The translations under genes and the position numbers were made by a program. From contig JALOSQ010000004.1 in NCBI GenBank assembly GCA_025458335.1, positions 1-61,337 on the forward strand: a stretch of DNA of 61,337 bases, in the 5' to 3' direction. The number at the start of each line of letters is the position of its first letter. Positions within the stretch are counted from its first letter, which is position 1. The notes under the pieces are model-generated. The model saw only the letters and a program-made list of their open reading frames with translations, ran no database searches and was not told where the DNA came from. This stretch comes from Ideonella sp. (lineage in GTDB: Bacteria; Pseudomonadota; Gammaproteobacteria; Burkholderiales; Burkholderiaceae_C). Below, piece by piece: positions 24,956-35,079 of the stretch.

Positions 24956-25929
24956 CGGTCCGACCCGGGGGCAAAGTGGTCGAACCCCGGCCACGGCCGG
25001 TCCAGCACACGCCCGTCACGGTCGACCACCCGCCGTCCCGGCATGCTCTCGATACGACCGATCCGCGTCACCGGCACTGACACCGCCAGCGCCGCTGACC
25101 GCACGGCCTCGGCCGCGCCTGGCGGGGCCGTGAACAGCAGCTCGTAGTCGTCACCACCGGCCAGCCCCAGTTCGCGGCGCCGCTCGTCGGGCTGGGCCCG
25201 GAGCACCGCGCTGCAGGGCAGCCGGTCGGCCTCGACGCAGGCGCCGACCCCGGACCGCGCCAGCACGTGCCCGAGGTCGCCGAGCAGTCCGTCGGACACA
25301 TCGATGGCCGCACTCGCCAGCCCGCGCAGCGCCTGTCCGAGCGCCACGCGCGGTTCGGGCCACTCCATCGCGCGGCGCACCTGGTCGAACGCCTCCACCA
25401 CCCCCAGATCAGCCGTCGGCACCCGCCCGCGGAACACCTCCAGCGCCAACCGGGCGTCGCCCAGCGTCCCGCTCACCCACAGCTCGTCGCCGGGTTGGGC
25501 TCCCGAACGCAGCAGCGCCTGCCCCGCGGGCACCTCGCCGATCACGGTCACGGTGATGGCCAGCGGGCCCGCGGTGGTGTCCCCGCCGACCAGTTCGCAG
25601 TCGTGGCGGTCGGCCAGCGCCAGCAGGCCGCGTGCGAAGCCGTCGAGGAAGGCCTCGTCGACGCGCGGCATCGACAGGGCCAGCGTGAAGGCGCGTGGCG
25701 TCGCCCCGCACGCCGCGAGGTCGGACAGGTTGACCGCCAGGCACTTGTGCCCGAGGGCCTCGGGCGCCACCGTCGACAGGAAGTGCCGCCCTTCGTTGAG
25801 GGTGTCGGTCGACACGGCGAGCTGGTGACCCGGCGTCGGCGCCAGCAGCGCGCAGTCGTCGCCGACGCCGAGCACGGCACGCCGGACCGGCCGCGTGAAG
25901 TGACGTGCAATGAGGTCGAACTCGCCCAC
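24952..25929 (-). CDS. thiL: thiamine-monophosphate kinase
   Basis: 325 aa, MGEFDLIARHF...GVGDDCALL...NLSDLAACGATP...GGDT. Confidence 0.95.
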   Translation of the reverse strand: MGEFDLIARHFTRPVRRAVLGVGDDCALLAPTPGHQLAVSTDTLNEGRHFLSTVAPEALGHKCLAVNLSDLAACGATPRAFTLALSMPRVDEAFLDGFARGLLALADRHDCELVGGDTTAGPLAITVTVIGEVPAGQALLRSGAQPGDELWVSGTLGDARLALEVFRGRVPTADLGVVEAFDQVRRAMEWPEPRVALGQALRGLASAAIDVSDGLLGDLGHVLARSGVGACVEADRLPCSAVLRAQPDERRRELGLAGGDDYELLFTAPPGAAEAVRSAALAVSVPVTRIGRIESMPGRRVVDRDGRVLDRPWPGFDHFAPGSDR

Positions 25930-25966
25930 GGACGGATTGTGGCGGCGGCGTGTCGCCGGGCCCGGG

Positions 25967-27169
25967 CTACACGCGTTCGATCACCACCGCGATGCCCTGC
26001 CCGACCCCGATGCACATGGTGCACAACGCGTAGCGTCCGCCGGTGCGGTGCAGCTGGTTCATCGCGGTGGTGACCAGGCGGGCCCCGCTGGCCCCCAACG
26101 GATGCCCGAGCGCGATCGCGCCCCCGTTCGGGTTGACGCGCGGGTCGTCGTCGGGCAGGCCGAGCTGGCGCAGCACCGCCAGGCCTTGCGCGGCGAAGGC
26201 CTCGTTGAGCTCGATCACGTCCATCTGCGCCAGCGTGAGGCCGGTGAGCGCCAGCACCTTGCGCGTCGCCGGCGCGGGGCCGATGCCCATGATGCGGGGC
26301 GGCACCCCGGCGGTGGCCATGCCCACCACACGGGCCCGAGGCGCGAGCCCGTGCCGGCGCGCCGCCGCCTCGTTGGCCACCAGCAGCGCACAGGCACCGT
26401 CGTTGACGCCGCTGGCGTTGCCGGCGGTCACGGTGCCGTCCGGCCGGACCACGCCCTTGAGCTTCGCCAGGGCCTCCAGGCTCGTCTCGCGCGGGTGCTC
26501 GTCGCGGGCGACGACCAGCGGGTCGCCCTTCTTCTGGGCGATCGTGACCGGCACGATCTCGGCATCGAACACGCCAGCCTGCTGGGCCGCGACGGCCTTG
26601 CGCTGGCTGGCCAGGGCCATCCGGTCCTGGGCGTCGCGCTCGATCGCGAAGTCAGCCGCGACGTTCTCGGCCGTCTCGGGCATCGAGTCGACGCCGTAGC
26701 GCTCCTTCATCAGCCGGTTCACGAAGCGCCAGCCGATCGTGGTGTCGTAGACCGCATTGGCCCGGCTGAACGCGGCATCGGCCTTGGGCATCACGAACGG
26801 CGCCCGGCTCATGCTCTCCACGCCGCCGGCCACCATCAGCGATGCCTCTCCGCTGCGGATGGCCCGCGCCGCGGTGCCGACGGCGTCCAGCCCGGAGCCG
26901 CACAGGCGGTTGATCGTCCCGCCGGGCACCTCGACCGGCAGGCCGGCCAGCAGGGCCGCCATGCGGGCGACATTGCGGTTGTCCTCGCCCGCCTGGTTGG
27001 CACAGCCCAGCAGCACGTCCTCGATCGCAGCGGGGTCGAGGTCGGGGTGGCGCTCGACCAGCGCCCGGATCGGGATCGCGGCGAGGTCGTCCGGGCGCAC
27101 CGGGGACAGCGCGCCGCCGTACCGCCCGAACGGGGTCCGCAAGGCGTCGCAGAGGAAGGCTTCGGCCAT
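25967..27169 (-). CDS. acetyl-CoA C-acyltransferase (3-oxoadipyl-CoA thiolase-like beta-ketothiolase)
   Basis: ATG 27169 is preceded by AGGAGA. It is 400 aa with the active-site NRLCGSGL, plus NASGVNDGA, GHPLGASG and CIGVGQG. Confidence 0.92.
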   Translation of the reverse strand: MAEAFLCDALRTPFGRYGGALSPVRPDDLAAIPIRALVERHPDLDPAAIEDVLLGCANQAGEDNRNVARMAALLAGLPVEVPGGTINRLCGSGLDAVGTAARAIRSGEASLMVAGGVESMSRAPFVMPKADAAFSRANAVYDTTIGWRFVNRLMKERYGVDSMPETAENVAADFAIERDAQDRMALASQRKAVAAQQAGVFDAEIVPVTIAQKKGDPLVVARDEHPRETSLEALAKLKGVVRPDGTVTAGNASGVNDGACALLVANEAAARRHGLAPRARVVGMATAGVPPRIMGIGPAPATRKVLALTGLTLAQMDVIELNEAFAAQGLAVLRQLGLPDDDPRVNPNGGAIALGHPLGASGARLVTTAMNQLHRTGGRYALCTMCIGVGQGIAVVIERV

Positions 27170-27380
27170 CGTGGTCTCCTGATCGAGCCCGTCATTGTGC
27201 GACCTCGGCCGACGCGACGGCCGCGCCCCCCCGACCGCCGGGCGGGCGCCGACGACCCCGCCGCACCGCCTCGGCGTGACGCACTTCCGCGACAGGGTTG
27301 ACATCCCGGGCCGTCAAGTCCGCGCCGCCGCGGCCGAAATGAAACAGGCCGGCCGCTCCCGAGCGTGCCCGCAGGCCCCG

Positions 27381-28769
27381 ATGAAGCCCCAAGAAACCCT
27401 CCCGACCCTGGACGTGCGCGAGCTGCGCGTCGGCCACTTCGTCCACCTCGACGGTGGCTGGTGGTCGCACCCGTTCCCGCTGAGCAGCTTCCGGATCACC
27501 TCGGACGCCCAGATCGCCACGATCCGGTCGCTGGGCGTGGCCCGCGTTCGCTACAGCCCGGAGCGCAGCGAGTTCGCGTCGACCGGCGTCGGCCGCCTGA
27601 CCGGGGCTTCCAGCGCATCCGTGCCCTTGAGCACGCGCGCCGCGCCAATGGGCACGCCCACCGCAGCGGACGAGGCTGCGGCCGAACCCGGCGCGCCAGC
27701 CGAAGGCGAGCCGGCCGCGCCCGCGGTCGTGCTCGACGCGGCGGCCCTGCGGCGGGCACGGCTGGTCGCCGAACGCGCGTCCCTGCGCCAGTGCGAGCGC
27801 CAGTTCGCCGAGGCTTCACAGGCCTGCCGGCAGGTCTTCGCGCTCGCCCCGGCCCGCGCCGAGGAGGCTGGCCAACAGTCGCAGGCGCTCACCCGGGCCC
27901 TGGTCGACAAGCTCCTGCAGCCCGGTGAGATGGCCGTGCGGCTGCTGACCGAGACGGCTGGCGACAAGGTGGCGATGCACGCCGTGAACGTGGCCGTGAT
28001 CTCGCTGCTGATGGGACGGGCGCTGGGCCTGCCCGAGGGCGAGATGCTGGACCTGGGCCAGGGCGCGCTGCTGCACGACCTGGGCAAGATCGACCTGCCC
28101 GACCGGGTGCGGCATCGGGAGGATCACTTCTCGCCGCACGAGGTGGCGCTGTACCAGGAGCATGTCGCCAAGGGCCTGCTGCACGCGCGCCGCATGCAGG
28201 TGCCCACGGGCGCCCAGTTGGTCATCGCCCAGCATCACGAACATGCCGACGGCAGCGGCTTCCCGGCGCGGCTCGGGGTCGACCGCATGACCGCGGCGGC
28301 GCGCATCGTGGCGCTGGTCAACCGCTACGACAACCTGTGCAACCCCCATGTGCCGAGCCGGGCACTCACGCCGCACGAGGCGATGAGCCGCCTCTTCGCC
28401 GAGGGCAACGCCACGCACGGGGTACGGCGCTTCGACACGGCGATCCTCGGGGCGTTCATCAAGATGATGGGCGTCTACCCGCCGGGCTCGTTGGTGCAGC
28501 TCACCGACGACCGCTTCGCCATGGTGGTGGCCGTCAATTCGTCGCGTCCGCTCAAGCCCCGGGTGCTGGTGCACGCGCCCGGCGAGCGGCACGAGGAGGC
28601 CCTGGTGCTGAACCTCGAGACCGAGCCCCGCCTGGGCATCCGACGCAGCCTGAAAGCCGACCAGTTGCCCCGCAACGCGCTGGACTTCCTGTCGCCGCGC
28701 CCGCGGATGACGTACTTCTTCGAGCCGGTGTCGCCGGCGGAGGACGAGCCGCTGGCGGAGGCCGCATGA
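27381..28769 (+). CDS. HD-GYP domain c-di-GMP phosphodiesterase with an N-terminal DUF3391-like domain (GYP replaced by GFP)
   Basis: The ATG at 27381 gives 462 aa. The N-terminus is LDVRELRVGHFVHLDGGWWSHPF. The HD motif is LLHDLGKIDLP and the signature is HHEHADGSGFPARL. Confidence 0.85.
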   Translation: MKPQETLPTLDVRELRVGHFVHLDGGWWSHPFPLSSFRITSDAQIATIRSLGVARVRYSPERSEFASTGVGRLTGASSASVPLSTRAAPMGTPTAADEAAAEPGAPAEGEPAAPAVVLDAAALRRARLVAERASLRQCERQFAEASQACRQVFALAPARAEEAGQQSQALTRALVDKLLQPGEMAVRLLTETAGDKVAMHAVNVAVISLLMGRALGLPEGEMLDLGQGALLHDLGKIDLPDRVRHREDHFSPHEVALYQEHVAKGLLHARRMQVPTGAQLVIAQHHEHADGSGFPARLGVDRMTAAARIVALVNRYDNLCNPHVPSRALTPHEAMSRLFAEGNATHGVRRFDTAILGAFIKMMGVYPPGSLVQLTDDRFAMVVAVNSSRPLKPRVLVHAPGERHEEALVLNLETEPRLGIRRSLKADQLPRNALDFLSPRPRMTYFFEPVSPAEDEPLAEAA

Positions 28770-30982
28770 CCGTCGCGCACGGCGCCCCGGTGCGCTGGGC
28801 GGGCCTGCTCGACGGTCTGATCGATGCGGTGTGCCTGGTCGAGCCGCAGCGGCAGGAGATCGTCGCCGCCAACGCGGCCTGTGCCAGCCTGTTCGGCCTG
28901 CCGGCCGCCGGGCTGCTGGGACGCCGCTTCACCGAGTTCGCGACCACCCCGGCCGACCTGGCCGTCTGGGAAGAAGCCGCTGAGGCCGGCGACGCATGGG
29001 CGCCGGGGGATTCGCGCGACCACGACAGCTGGCTCGTCGACTGCGACGGACGAACGCGCCCGGTGGCCGTGCGCGTGACCCGACTGCCCGCCGGTGCCGG
29101 CGACGGCCTGTGGCTGGTGGCCCTGCATGACCGCGGGGCCGAGGCCGAGCTGCGCCAGCAACTCGAGTCCCGCGTGGCCGAGCTCCAGGCCACGATGGAG
29201 TCCACGGCCGACGGCCTGCTGGTCATCGACCTCGGCGGTCGCCTGCTCCACTTCAACCGCCGCTTCGCGGCCCTCTGGCGCCTGCCGGCGGACCTGCTCG
29301 AGCAGCGCGACGACGAGGCCGTGCGGGCATGGCTGGCCCGCAGCGTCAGCGATCCGTCCGGCTGGGCGTCGATGCACCAGCGCTGGGACGCCGCCGCGAT
29401 GATCGAGACCCGCGACCTGGTGCAGCTGCACGCCGGCACGCTGCTCGAGATCGTCAGTCGACCGCTGTTGAGCCGGGGGGCGCCGATCGGTCGCGTCCTG
29501 GCCTGCCGCGACCTGACCGAGCACCAGCGCTCGCGCGCCGAGATCGAACGGCTCAGCCACACCGACGCGCTCACGGGCCTGGCCAACCGCCGCCACTTCG
29601 CCGAGCGGATGCAGCACCGGCTGGGTAACCCACTCGACGGGTCGGGCGCGGCGGCGTTGCTGCTGGTGAACCTGGACCGCTTTCGGGCGGTCAACGAATC
29701 GCTCGGCCCCGAGGCGGCCGACCGCGCGCTCGCCGAGGCGGCGCGTCGCCTGCGGCGGGCCGTCGACGACGGCGATGTCATGGCGCGCCTGGCGGGCGAC
29801 GAGTTCGCGATCGGCCTGCGCGAGGCCGATGCCCGCAGGGCCGAGGCCTGTGCCCGGCGGCTGCTGGACGCGCTCGCCCCGAGCTTCGAACTCGACGGCC
29901 GCCCGTTCACGCTCACCTGCAGCATCGGCATCGCGCTGGCACCCACCGACGGGCGCGACCTCGAGTCGCTGCTGAGGCACGCCGACGCGGCGGTGCGGCG
30001 CGCCAAGGAGGCCGGGCGGGCCACCTACCGCTTCTACCAGCCGCGCCGCAATGTCGAGCTGCGTGACCGGCTGGAACTGGACCACGCCATGCGTCAGGGA
30101 CTGCCCGGCGGCCATTTCCGCGTCGACGTGCAGCCGCAGTTCGACCTGGCCGACGGCACGCTCGCCGGCGTCGAGGCGCTGGCCCGCTGGCGCGACCCCG
30201 TCCTGGGCGAGATCGGGCCCGCGCGGTTCATCCCGGTCGCCGAGGACAGCGGCTTCATCGTCGAACTCGGCCAGTGGGTGCTGGACCGGGCGGTGCGCCA
30301 CGCGGCGATGTGGTGGCGCCAGGGTCTGCGCGTCCCGATGTCGGTCAACGTGTCGGCCCTGCAATTCCGCCATCCGGACTTCGTCGACCGGGTGGCGGGC
30401 ACCCTCGACGCGGCCGGCCTGCCGGCCGCAGGCCTCGAACTCGAGCTGACCGAGTCGATCCTCGTCGGCGAGGCCTGCGAGGCCCTGGCCCGCCTGAAGG
30501 AACTCGACGCGCTGGGCGTGCGACTCGCGCTGGATGACTTCGGAACCGGCTACTCGAGCCTGGCGGTGCTCAAGCGCTTCCCGATCTCGCGCCTCAAGAT
30601 CGACCGCAGCTTCGTCGCGTCCCTGCCCGGCGCCGACAGCGACTCGGCCATCGTCCAGGCGATCGTCGCGATGGCGCGGGCGCTGCGCATGAACGTCGTC
30701 GCCGAGGGGGTCGAGACCGAGGCGCAGCGCCAGTACCTGCAGGACATCGGGTGCCACGTGATGCAGGGTTACCTGAAGGCGCGCCCGTTGTCGCTCGACG
30801 AGTTCGAGCGGCGCTGGGCCGGCGGGGAGTGGCGGACCGCGGCGCAGGCCGCCGTGCCCCGCGTCGCCCGCACGGGCAACGGCCTCAAGGTGCCCGATCG
30901 CCACGCGGAACGCGCCCCGGTCGCGGCGGTGCTCCCGCTGCGCCCCCGACGCCCCGTGGGGCGACCGCGCGCGCAGTCCTGA
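28766..30982 (+). CDS. PAS-PAS-GGDEF(degenerate AGDEF)-EAL signalling protein, predicted c-di-GMP phosphodiesterase
   Basis: The ATG overlaps the HD-GYP stop (ATGA). It is 738 aa. The GGDEF site reads LAGDEFAI. The EAL domain has EALARW, DDFGTGYSSL, EGVET and QGYL, all present. Confidence 0.88.
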   Translation: MTVAHGAPVRWAGLLDGLIDAVCLVEPQRQEIVAANAACASLFGLPAAGLLGRRFTEFATTPADLAVWEEAAEAGDAWAPGDSRDHDSWLVDCDGRTRPVAVRVTRLPAGAGDGLWLVALHDRGAEAELRQQLESRVAELQATMESTADGLLVIDLGGRLLHFNRRFAALWRLPADLLEQRDDEAVRAWLARSVSDPSGWASMHQRWDAAAMIETRDLVQLHAGTLLEIVSRPLLSRGAPIGRVLACRDLTEHQRSRAEIERLSHTDALTGLANRRHFAERMQHRLGNPLDGSGAAALLLVNLDRFRAVNESLGPEAADRALAEAARRLRRAVDDGDVMARLAGDEFAIGLREADARRAEACARRLLDALAPSFELDGRPFTLTCSIGIALAPTDGRDLESLLRHADAAVRRAKEAGRATYRFYQPRRNVELRDRLELDHAMRQGLPGGHFRVDVQPQFDLADGTLAGVEALARWRDPVLGEIGPARFIPVAEDSGFIVELGQWVLDRAVRHAAMWWRQGLRVPMSVNVSALQFRHPDFVDRVAGTLDAAGLPAAGLELELTESILVGEACEALARLKELDALGVRLALDDFGTGYSSLAVLKRFPISRLKIDRSFVASLPGADSDSAIVQAIVAMARALRMNVVAEGVETEAQRQYLQDIGCHVMQGYLKARPLSLDEFERRWAGGEWRTAAQAAVPRVARTGNGLKVPDRHAERAPVAAVLPLRPRRPVGRPRAQS

Positions 30983-31159
30983 GGTCGCCAGGCAGCCGGG
31001 CGGCGACCCGCGCGGGCCCACCTGCCGCGCCTCATGAAGCCTGCGGCCCGACCCTCGCGGCCAGGCCGTCGCACAATCGATCCCTCGAACCCGCTGAGCC
31101 GAGATCCGGCGCAGCGCCTCCCGGTGCGATGCGATCGGCGTCCGGCCCCCTGCTGACCC

Positions 31160-31471
31160 ATGCTCTACAAGTTCAAGTCCAAGGCTTCGGGTGATGTCAT
31201 CATGACCGAGCCGATCGGCAACCGGCTGCTGGGCATCCTCGGGCGCGAGCCCGCCCCGAAGGGCATCTTCGAGGTCGCCGACCTGCCCGCGCTGATCGCC
31301 GCGCTCGAGGCCGCCATCAGCGCCGACGAGGCGTCGCGCGCCGCGGCCGGCGGCGACGAGGACGATCCGCGCGCCGGTGACCGCATCTCGCTGAAGCAGC
31401 GGGCCTGGCCCCTGCTCGACATGATGAAGCGTGCGCTGGCCGGGCGCGTGGTCATCGTCTGGGGCGTCTAG
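31160..31471 (+). CDS. DUF1840 domain-containing protein
   Basis: 103 aa starting MLYKFKSKASGDVIMTEPIGNRLL, the characteristic DUF1840 N-terminus as I recall it. Confidence 0.75.
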   Translation: MLYKFKSKASGDVIMTEPIGNRLLGILGREPAPKGIFEVADLPALIAALEAAISADEASRAAAGGDEDDPRAGDRISLKQRAWPLLDMMKRALAGRVVIVWGV

Positions 31472-31485
31472 ACCGCCGTCGCACG

Positions 31486-32118
31486 ATGAAGCTCTGGAGC
31501 GACAGCTGGATCAACGGCGAGGCCATTCCGGCCCGGCACGCGGCCGGGCGTCTGGACCGGCACGGGCACGTCGAGAACTCGGACAACCTGAGCCCGCCCC
31601 TGGCCTGGGGCGACGTGCCGGCCGGCACGCGCAGCTTCTCGCTGATCTGCCACGACTTCGACGTGCCGAGCGTGGCCGACGATGTCAACCGCCCCGACCG
31701 CGAGGTGCCGGAGGATCTGCCGCGGATCGACTTCTTCCACTGGGTGCTGGCCGACCTGCCGGTCGGGATCACGTCCTTGCGCGAAGGCGAGTTCTCGAGC
31801 GGCTTCGTTGCGCGCGGCAAGCCGGGCCCGGCCACGTTGCACGGCGCTCGCCACGGGCTGAACGACTACACACGCTGGTTCTCGGGCGACCCCGCGATGG
31901 CCGGGCCGTACTTCGGGTACGACGGTCCGTTCCCCCCATTCAACGACTCGCTCGTGCATCACTACGTCTTCACGCTGTACGCGCTCGACGTCGAGCGCGC
32001 CCCCGTGGCCGACCCGTTCGACGGCAATGCGCTGCGCCGCGCCATCTACCCGCACGTGCTGGCGGAGGCGACCCTGTCGGGCACCTACACACTGAACCGG
32101 CGCCTCGTGCGCGGCTGA
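31486..32118 (+). CDS. YbhB/YbcL family Raf-kinase-inhibitor-like (PEBP) protein
   Basis: 210 aa with SPPLAWGDVPAGTRSFSLICHDFDVP...HWVLADLP...HHYVFTLYALD. Confidence 0.8.
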   Translation: MKLWSDSWINGEAIPARHAAGRLDRHGHVENSDNLSPPLAWGDVPAGTRSFSLICHDFDVPSVADDVNRPDREVPEDLPRIDFFHWVLADLPVGITSLREGEFSSGFVARGKPGPATLHGARHGLNDYTRWFSGDPAMAGPYFGYDGPFPPFNDSLVHHYVFTLYALDVERAPVADPFDGNALRRAIYPHVLAEATLSGTYTLNRRLVRG

Positions 32119-32131
32119 ACGGGCGCCCGCG

Positions 32132-32794
32132 ATGCAGGTCACCCGCCTCCTCGCCATCCGCCACGGCGAAACCGCCTGGAACGCGAAGGGCCGGATCCAG
32201 GGACACCTCGACATCCCGCTGAGCGAGGTCGGCCTGGGGCAGGCGCGTCGACTGGCCCACGCGCTGGCCACCGAACCGCTGGCGGCGATCTACACCAGCG
32301 ACCTCGCCCGCGCGCGCGAGACCGCCGCCCCGCTGGCCGCGCGGCTGGGGCTCGAGGCTCGGCCCGATCCCCGGCTGCGCGAGCGTGGCTTCGGCTGCTT
32401 CGAGGGCATGACCTTTCCCGAGATCGAGGCGCGCTGGCCCGAGGACCATCGACGCTGGCGCGAGCGCGACCCCGCCTACGGCCCGCCCGATGGCGAGGTC
32501 TTGGCCGACTTCTACGACCGCGTCGTCGCGGCCGCCGCCGCGCTGTGCGAGGCCCATCGCGGCGAGGCCGTCGCCCTGGTGGCGCACGGCGGCGTGCTCG
32601 ATTGCCTGTACCGCGCCGCGACCCGCGTGGACCTGCGCGCCACCCGCACCTGGGCGCTGGCCAACGCCAGCATCAACCGCCTGCTGCACACCCCCGACGG
32701 GTTCACCCTGGTCGGCTGGGGCGATACCCTGCACCTCGACGATCCGGCGCTGGACGAGGCGGCCGAGTCGTCCGCGCCGGGGGCGTCGGCATGA
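32132..32794 (+). CDS. histidine phosphatase family protein (phosphoglycerate mutase-like)
   Basis: 220 aa with the RHGETAWN catalytic motif, then SDLARARETA and a late VAHGGV. Confidence 0.85.
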   Translation: MQVTRLLAIRHGETAWNAKGRIQGHLDIPLSEVGLGQARRLAHALATEPLAAIYTSDLARARETAAPLAARLGLEARPDPRLRERGFGCFEGMTFPEIEARWPEDHRRWRERDPAYGPPDGEVLADFYDRVVAAAAALCEAHRGEAVALVAHGGVLDCLYRAATRVDLRATRTWALANASINRLLHTPDGFTLVGWGDTLHLDDPALDEAAESSAPGASA

Positions 32795-33930
32795 GCCAGG
32801 GGCAGCGCTTCGACCCGATCCCGGCAGACCCGGTCGGGACGGTGCCGACCCCGGCCCTGGTGATCGACCTCGATGCGCTGGACCGCAACATCGCGCGCAT
32901 GGCCGCCTTCGTCGCTTCGCACGGCCGGCGCCTGCGGCCGCACGCCAAGACGCACAAGTCGATCGCGATCGCCCAGCGGCAGGTGGCCGCGGGCGCGGTC
33001 GGGGTCTGCGTCCAGAAGACCTCGGAGGCGATCGCCCTCGCCGGGCCCGAGAAGGGCATCGACGACATCTACGTCAGCAACCAGGTGATCGACCCACGGC
33101 GCCTCGAGGCCCTGGCGCGACTGGCCGCTCACCGCCACGTTGCAGTGGCCGTGGATTCCGTGCAGGGAGCCGAGCGACTGGCCGCGGCCTCGGCGATGCA
33201 CGGCACCCGCGTCGGGGCCTACGTCGAGGTCGACGTCGGGCATGGACGCTGCGGCGTACCGCCGGCTGCCGCGGGTGCCCTGGCCCGCGCCCTGGCCGAC
33301 CGGGGCGTGCCGGTCGAGGGGCTGCAGGCCTACCACGGCCGGGCACAGCACCTTCGATCGAGGACCGAGCGCGAGGCCGCCGTGCAGGCGGCGGCGCACG
33401 CCGTGGCCGAGGCGCGCGCGTCCCTCGCGGCGGCCGAGGTGCCCTGTGGCAGGGTGACCGGAGGCGGCACGGGTACCCTCGCGATCGACGCGGCGAGCGG
33501 CGTGTGGGACGAACTGCAGGCCGGGTCCTACGTGTTCATGGACCGCGACTACGCCGACAACGACCCGGACCCGGACGCGCCACGGTTCGAACACGCGCTG
33601 TTCGTGCGCGCCCAGGTCGTCAGCCGGGCATCGGGCCACGCGGTCATCGACGCCGGCCACAAGGCGTACGCGCTGGACAGCGGCTCCCCCGCGGTGTGGC
33701 GGCAGCCGCTCGACGTCGCCAACGGCGGCGACGAGCACGGCCTGCTGGTGCTGCAGCCGGGTGCCGATCCTTCGGCGCTGCCGACGCTCGGGGAGTGCGT
33801 GTGGCTCGTGCCCGGCCACTGCGATCCGACGGTCAACCTGCACGACGCCTACGTTGTCGTGCGCGGCGGGCTCGACCACGGCCAGGTCGAAGCGATGTGG
33901 CCGGTCGACGCGCGAGGCGCGTTGCGCTGA
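32791..33930 (+). CDS. DSD1-family PLP-dependent enzyme (D-serine dehydratase / D-threonine aldolase-like, alanine racemase N-terminal fold)
   Basis: The ATG overlaps the upstream stop (ATGA). It is 379 aa with PTPALVIDLDALDRNI, RPHAKTHKS (PLP lysine) and a C-terminal VPGHCDPTVNLH. Confidence 0.8.
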   Translation: MSQGQRFDPIPADPVGTVPTPALVIDLDALDRNIARMAAFVASHGRRLRPHAKTHKSIAIAQRQVAAGAVGVCVQKTSEAIALAGPEKGIDDIYVSNQVIDPRRLEALARLAAHRHVAVAVDSVQGAERLAAASAMHGTRVGAYVEVDVGHGRCGVPPAAAGALARALADRGVPVEGLQAYHGRAQHLRSRTEREAAVQAAAHAVAEARASLAAAEVPCGRVTGGGTGTLAIDAASGVWDELQAGSYVFMDRDYADNDPDPDAPRFEHALFVRAQVVSRASGHAVIDAGHKAYALDSGSPAVWRQPLDVANGGDEHGLLVLQPGADPSALPTLGECVWLVPGHCDPTVNLHDAYVVVRGGLDHGQVEAMWPVDARGALR

Positions 33931-34071
33931 CGGCAGCGCCGAGGCGACCCCGTTTCGCACGCCCTGCCTCCTCCGCCCGCTCGCACGTGACCGCGGTGCG
34001 GTGCAGCGCAGTGCGGTGCGAGAATTTCGCGTGGAGGCGCCACCCGCGTGCCCCCCAGCCCGGGAGACCCG

Positions 34072-35049
34072 ATGCTCAACGTGTTCCGGCTCGCCAACGG
34101 CCGGCTCATCCAGGAGGAGTTCGACGACCTCGACACGCTGGCCGGGGTCAGGCCGGTGTGGGTCGACCTGGAGGCGCCCACGGCCGAGGAGAAGCGCTGG
34201 ATCACGCAGCGCTTCGGCGTGTCGATCCCGGCGGATGCGGTGGACGACGACCTGGAGGAGTCGGCCCGCTTCTACGAGGAAGACAACGGCGAACTGCACA
34301 TCCGCTCTGACTTCCTGATCGAGGGCGACGAGGGCCCGCAAGGGGCACGCCCGCGCAACGTGCGCGTGGCCTTCATCCTGAAGGAGGGGGTGCTGTTCTC
34401 GGTGCATGCCGAGGACCTGCCGGTGTTCCGGCTGCTGCGGCTGCGCGCGCGCCGCATTCCCGCCCTCATCGAGGACGCCAAGGACGTGCTGCTCAAGCTG
34501 TACGACGCCGACGCCGAGTACTCGGCCGACGCGCTCGAAGGCATCTACGACAGCCTGGACATGCTGTCGGCCCGCGTGCTGCGCGAAGACGTCAACGACC
34601 AGACCGCCGGCGAGGCGCTGGCCGCGATCGCCCGCGAGGAGGACCTGAACGGCCGCATCCGGCGCAACATGATGGACACGCGCCGCGCGGTCAGCTTCAT
34701 GATGCGCGCACGCATGCTCAACGCCGAGCAGTTCGAGGAGGCTCGCCAGATCCTGCGCGACATCGACTCGCTCGACTCGCACACGACCTTCCTGTCGGAC
34801 AAGATCAACTTCCTGATGAACGCGACGACGGGCTTCGTCAACATCAACCAGAACAAGATCATCAAGATCTTCTCGGTGGCCGCCGTCGGCCTGCTGCCGC
34901 CGACGCTGATCGCGAGCATCTACGGCATGAACTTCCAGTACATGCCCGAGCTGAGCTGGCGCCTGGGCTACCCGTTCGCGCTGGTACTGATGGCGCTGTC
35001 GGTGATTGCGCCGTTCGTGTACTTCCGGCGCAAGGGCTGGCTGCGCTGA
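34072..35049 (+). CDS. corA: magnesium/cobalt transporter CorA
   Basis: 325 aa from ATG 34072 (the track start 34048 is also possible). It has the canonical YGMNFQYMPEL motif and two C-terminal TM helices. Confidence 0.9.
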   Translation: MLNVFRLANGRLIQEEFDDLDTLAGVRPVWVDLEAPTAEEKRWITQRFGVSIPADAVDDDLEESARFYEEDNGELHIRSDFLIEGDEGPQGARPRNVRVAFILKEGVLFSVHAEDLPVFRLLRLRARRIPALIEDAKDVLLKLYDADAEYSADALEGIYDSLDMLSARVLREDVNDQTAGEALAAIAREEDLNGRIRRNMMDTRRAVSFMMRARMLNAEQFEEARQILRDIDSLDSHTTFLSDKINFLMNATTGFVNINQNKIIKIFSVAAVGLLPPTLIASIYGMNFQYMPELSWRLGYPFALVLMALSVIAPFVYFRRKGWLR

Positions 35050-35079
35050 GCCGTTCGCGGCCGCCCGGCGGCCTCGGCC

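Noticed and set aside
33931-34071. Mg2+ riboswitch (M-box) or other leader upstream of corA; repeated GTGCGGTGC motif.
   Set aside because: The spacer is only about 140 nt and lacks the multi-helix M-box architecture and any terminator. The short repeat is GC-rich and unremarkable.
35050-35079. GC-rich palindromes between convergent genes as terminators, for example GGCCGCC-C-GGCGGCC after corA, ACCGGGC-ACG-GCCCGGT at about 46174-46192 after hldC, and 59760-59800 after the ArsR gene.
   Set aside because: The stems exist, but loops are very short or a U-run is absent. They may act as bidirectional or Rho-dependent stops, but the evidence is too weak to list them as features.
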